Below, piece after piece: positions 31,758 through 32,000 of a stretch of DNA of 32,000 nucleotides. The first letter of the stretch is position 1. Each line of letters begins with the position of its first letter. This DNA comes from Candidatus Saccharimonadota bacterium. GTDB lineage: Bacteria > Patescibacteriota > Gracilibacteria > UBA1369 > 2-02-FULL-48-14. The position numbers and the translations under genes were made by a program. Below the pieces are notes generated by a model. The model had not been told where the DNA came from, did no database searches, and saw nothing but the letters and a program-made list of their open reading frames with translations. Location: assembly GCA_016699145.1 (NCBI GenBank), contig CP064962.1:1290001-1322000 (forward strand), in the 5' to 3' direction.

Positions 31758-32000
31758 ATGCCTCCATTCAATAAGGAAGAGCTCAAAGCCCGTCTGACCG
31801 CCGAGCAATATCGAGTGACCCAAGAAAAAGGCACCGAAGCTCCTTTTACAGGTGAATACGACCGAGTTTTCACGCCTGGTACTTATCAATGTGTGGTTTG
31901 TGGAAGCCCTCTTTTTGTTTCTGACCATAAATTCGATGCTGGTTGCGGTTGGCCCAGTTTCGACCGCAGCGCCGACAAAAACGCAGTGACTGAACACGAA
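31758..32000 (+). CDS. msrB: Peptide-methionine (R)-S-oxide reductase MsrB, 3'-partial (runs off the window)
   Basis: My own translation from ATG 31758 is MPPFNKEELKARLTAEQYRVTQEKGTEAPFTGEY...YQCVVCGSPLFVSDHKFDAGCGWPSF. This ORF is not in the track because it has no stop in the window, and it supersedes the antisense ORF 31746-31997. Confidence 0.85.
   Translation, partial: MPPFNKEELKARLTAEQYRVTQEKGTEAPFTGEYDRVFTPGTYQCVVCGSPLFVSDHKFDAGCGWPSFDRSADKNAVTEHE

Noticed and set aside
31746-31997. 83-aa minus-strand ORF at the 3' edge
   Set aside because: The plus strand encodes a textbook MsrB N-terminal half (CVVCGSPLF, GCGWPSF) that runs off the window.
1-32000. Alternative genetic code (UGA recoded, as in some CPR lineages)
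   Set aside because: TGA stops coincide with the natural ends of recognisable proteins (M15/hpt ATGA overlap at 2696-2699, antitoxin/toxin ATGA at 6807-6810, C39-like gene end at 5046). All homologs are full length under the standard code.

Overview
All calls rest on reading the supplied translations and the raw sequence. I ran no database or HMM search. The window is a gene-dense bacterial chromosomal segment, roughly 50% GC by hand counts, read with the standard genetic code (TGA stops fall at the expected ends of recognisable proteins). Most of it is housekeeping. This includes nucleotide metabolism (hpt, purD, purF, folD, a dTMP-kinase-like gene, dut), translation and rRNA/tRNA modification (rpsT, rplK, rplA, tsaC/sua5, rlmE, rsmG, rsmE, tRNA-Ala), secE-nusG, maf, a short family-X DNA polymerase, a class II fumarase/aspartase-family lyase, and a partial msrB at the 3' edge. 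Envelope-related genes are a 5'-truncated SLH-domain surface protein, a VanX-like M15 peptidase, a C39-like peptidase and a lipoprotein. Accessory or AT-richer inserts are a RelE/ParE-RHH toxin-antitoxin pair with an upstream palindrome, an AAA+/DUF4143-type ATPase and a low-GC orphan gene. An HI0933-family flavoprotein gene is broken by a 1-nt frameshift in an A-run. The most interesting region is a tightly packed four-gene plus-strand operon (16629-25566) that diverges from secE. It encodes two paralogous membrane proteins, each made of three tandem two-helix pilin-like hairpin modules. These are followed by a 1615-aa protein that fuses one more such module to about 11 PKD-like domains and a C-terminal membrane anchor. 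The fourth gene encodes a 731-aa membrane protein with 6 PKD domains. No secretion ATPase or other type IV machinery is present in the window. The gene content and these pilin-like/PKD proteins suggest a Patescibacteria (CPR)-like organism, but that is a low-confidence inference.
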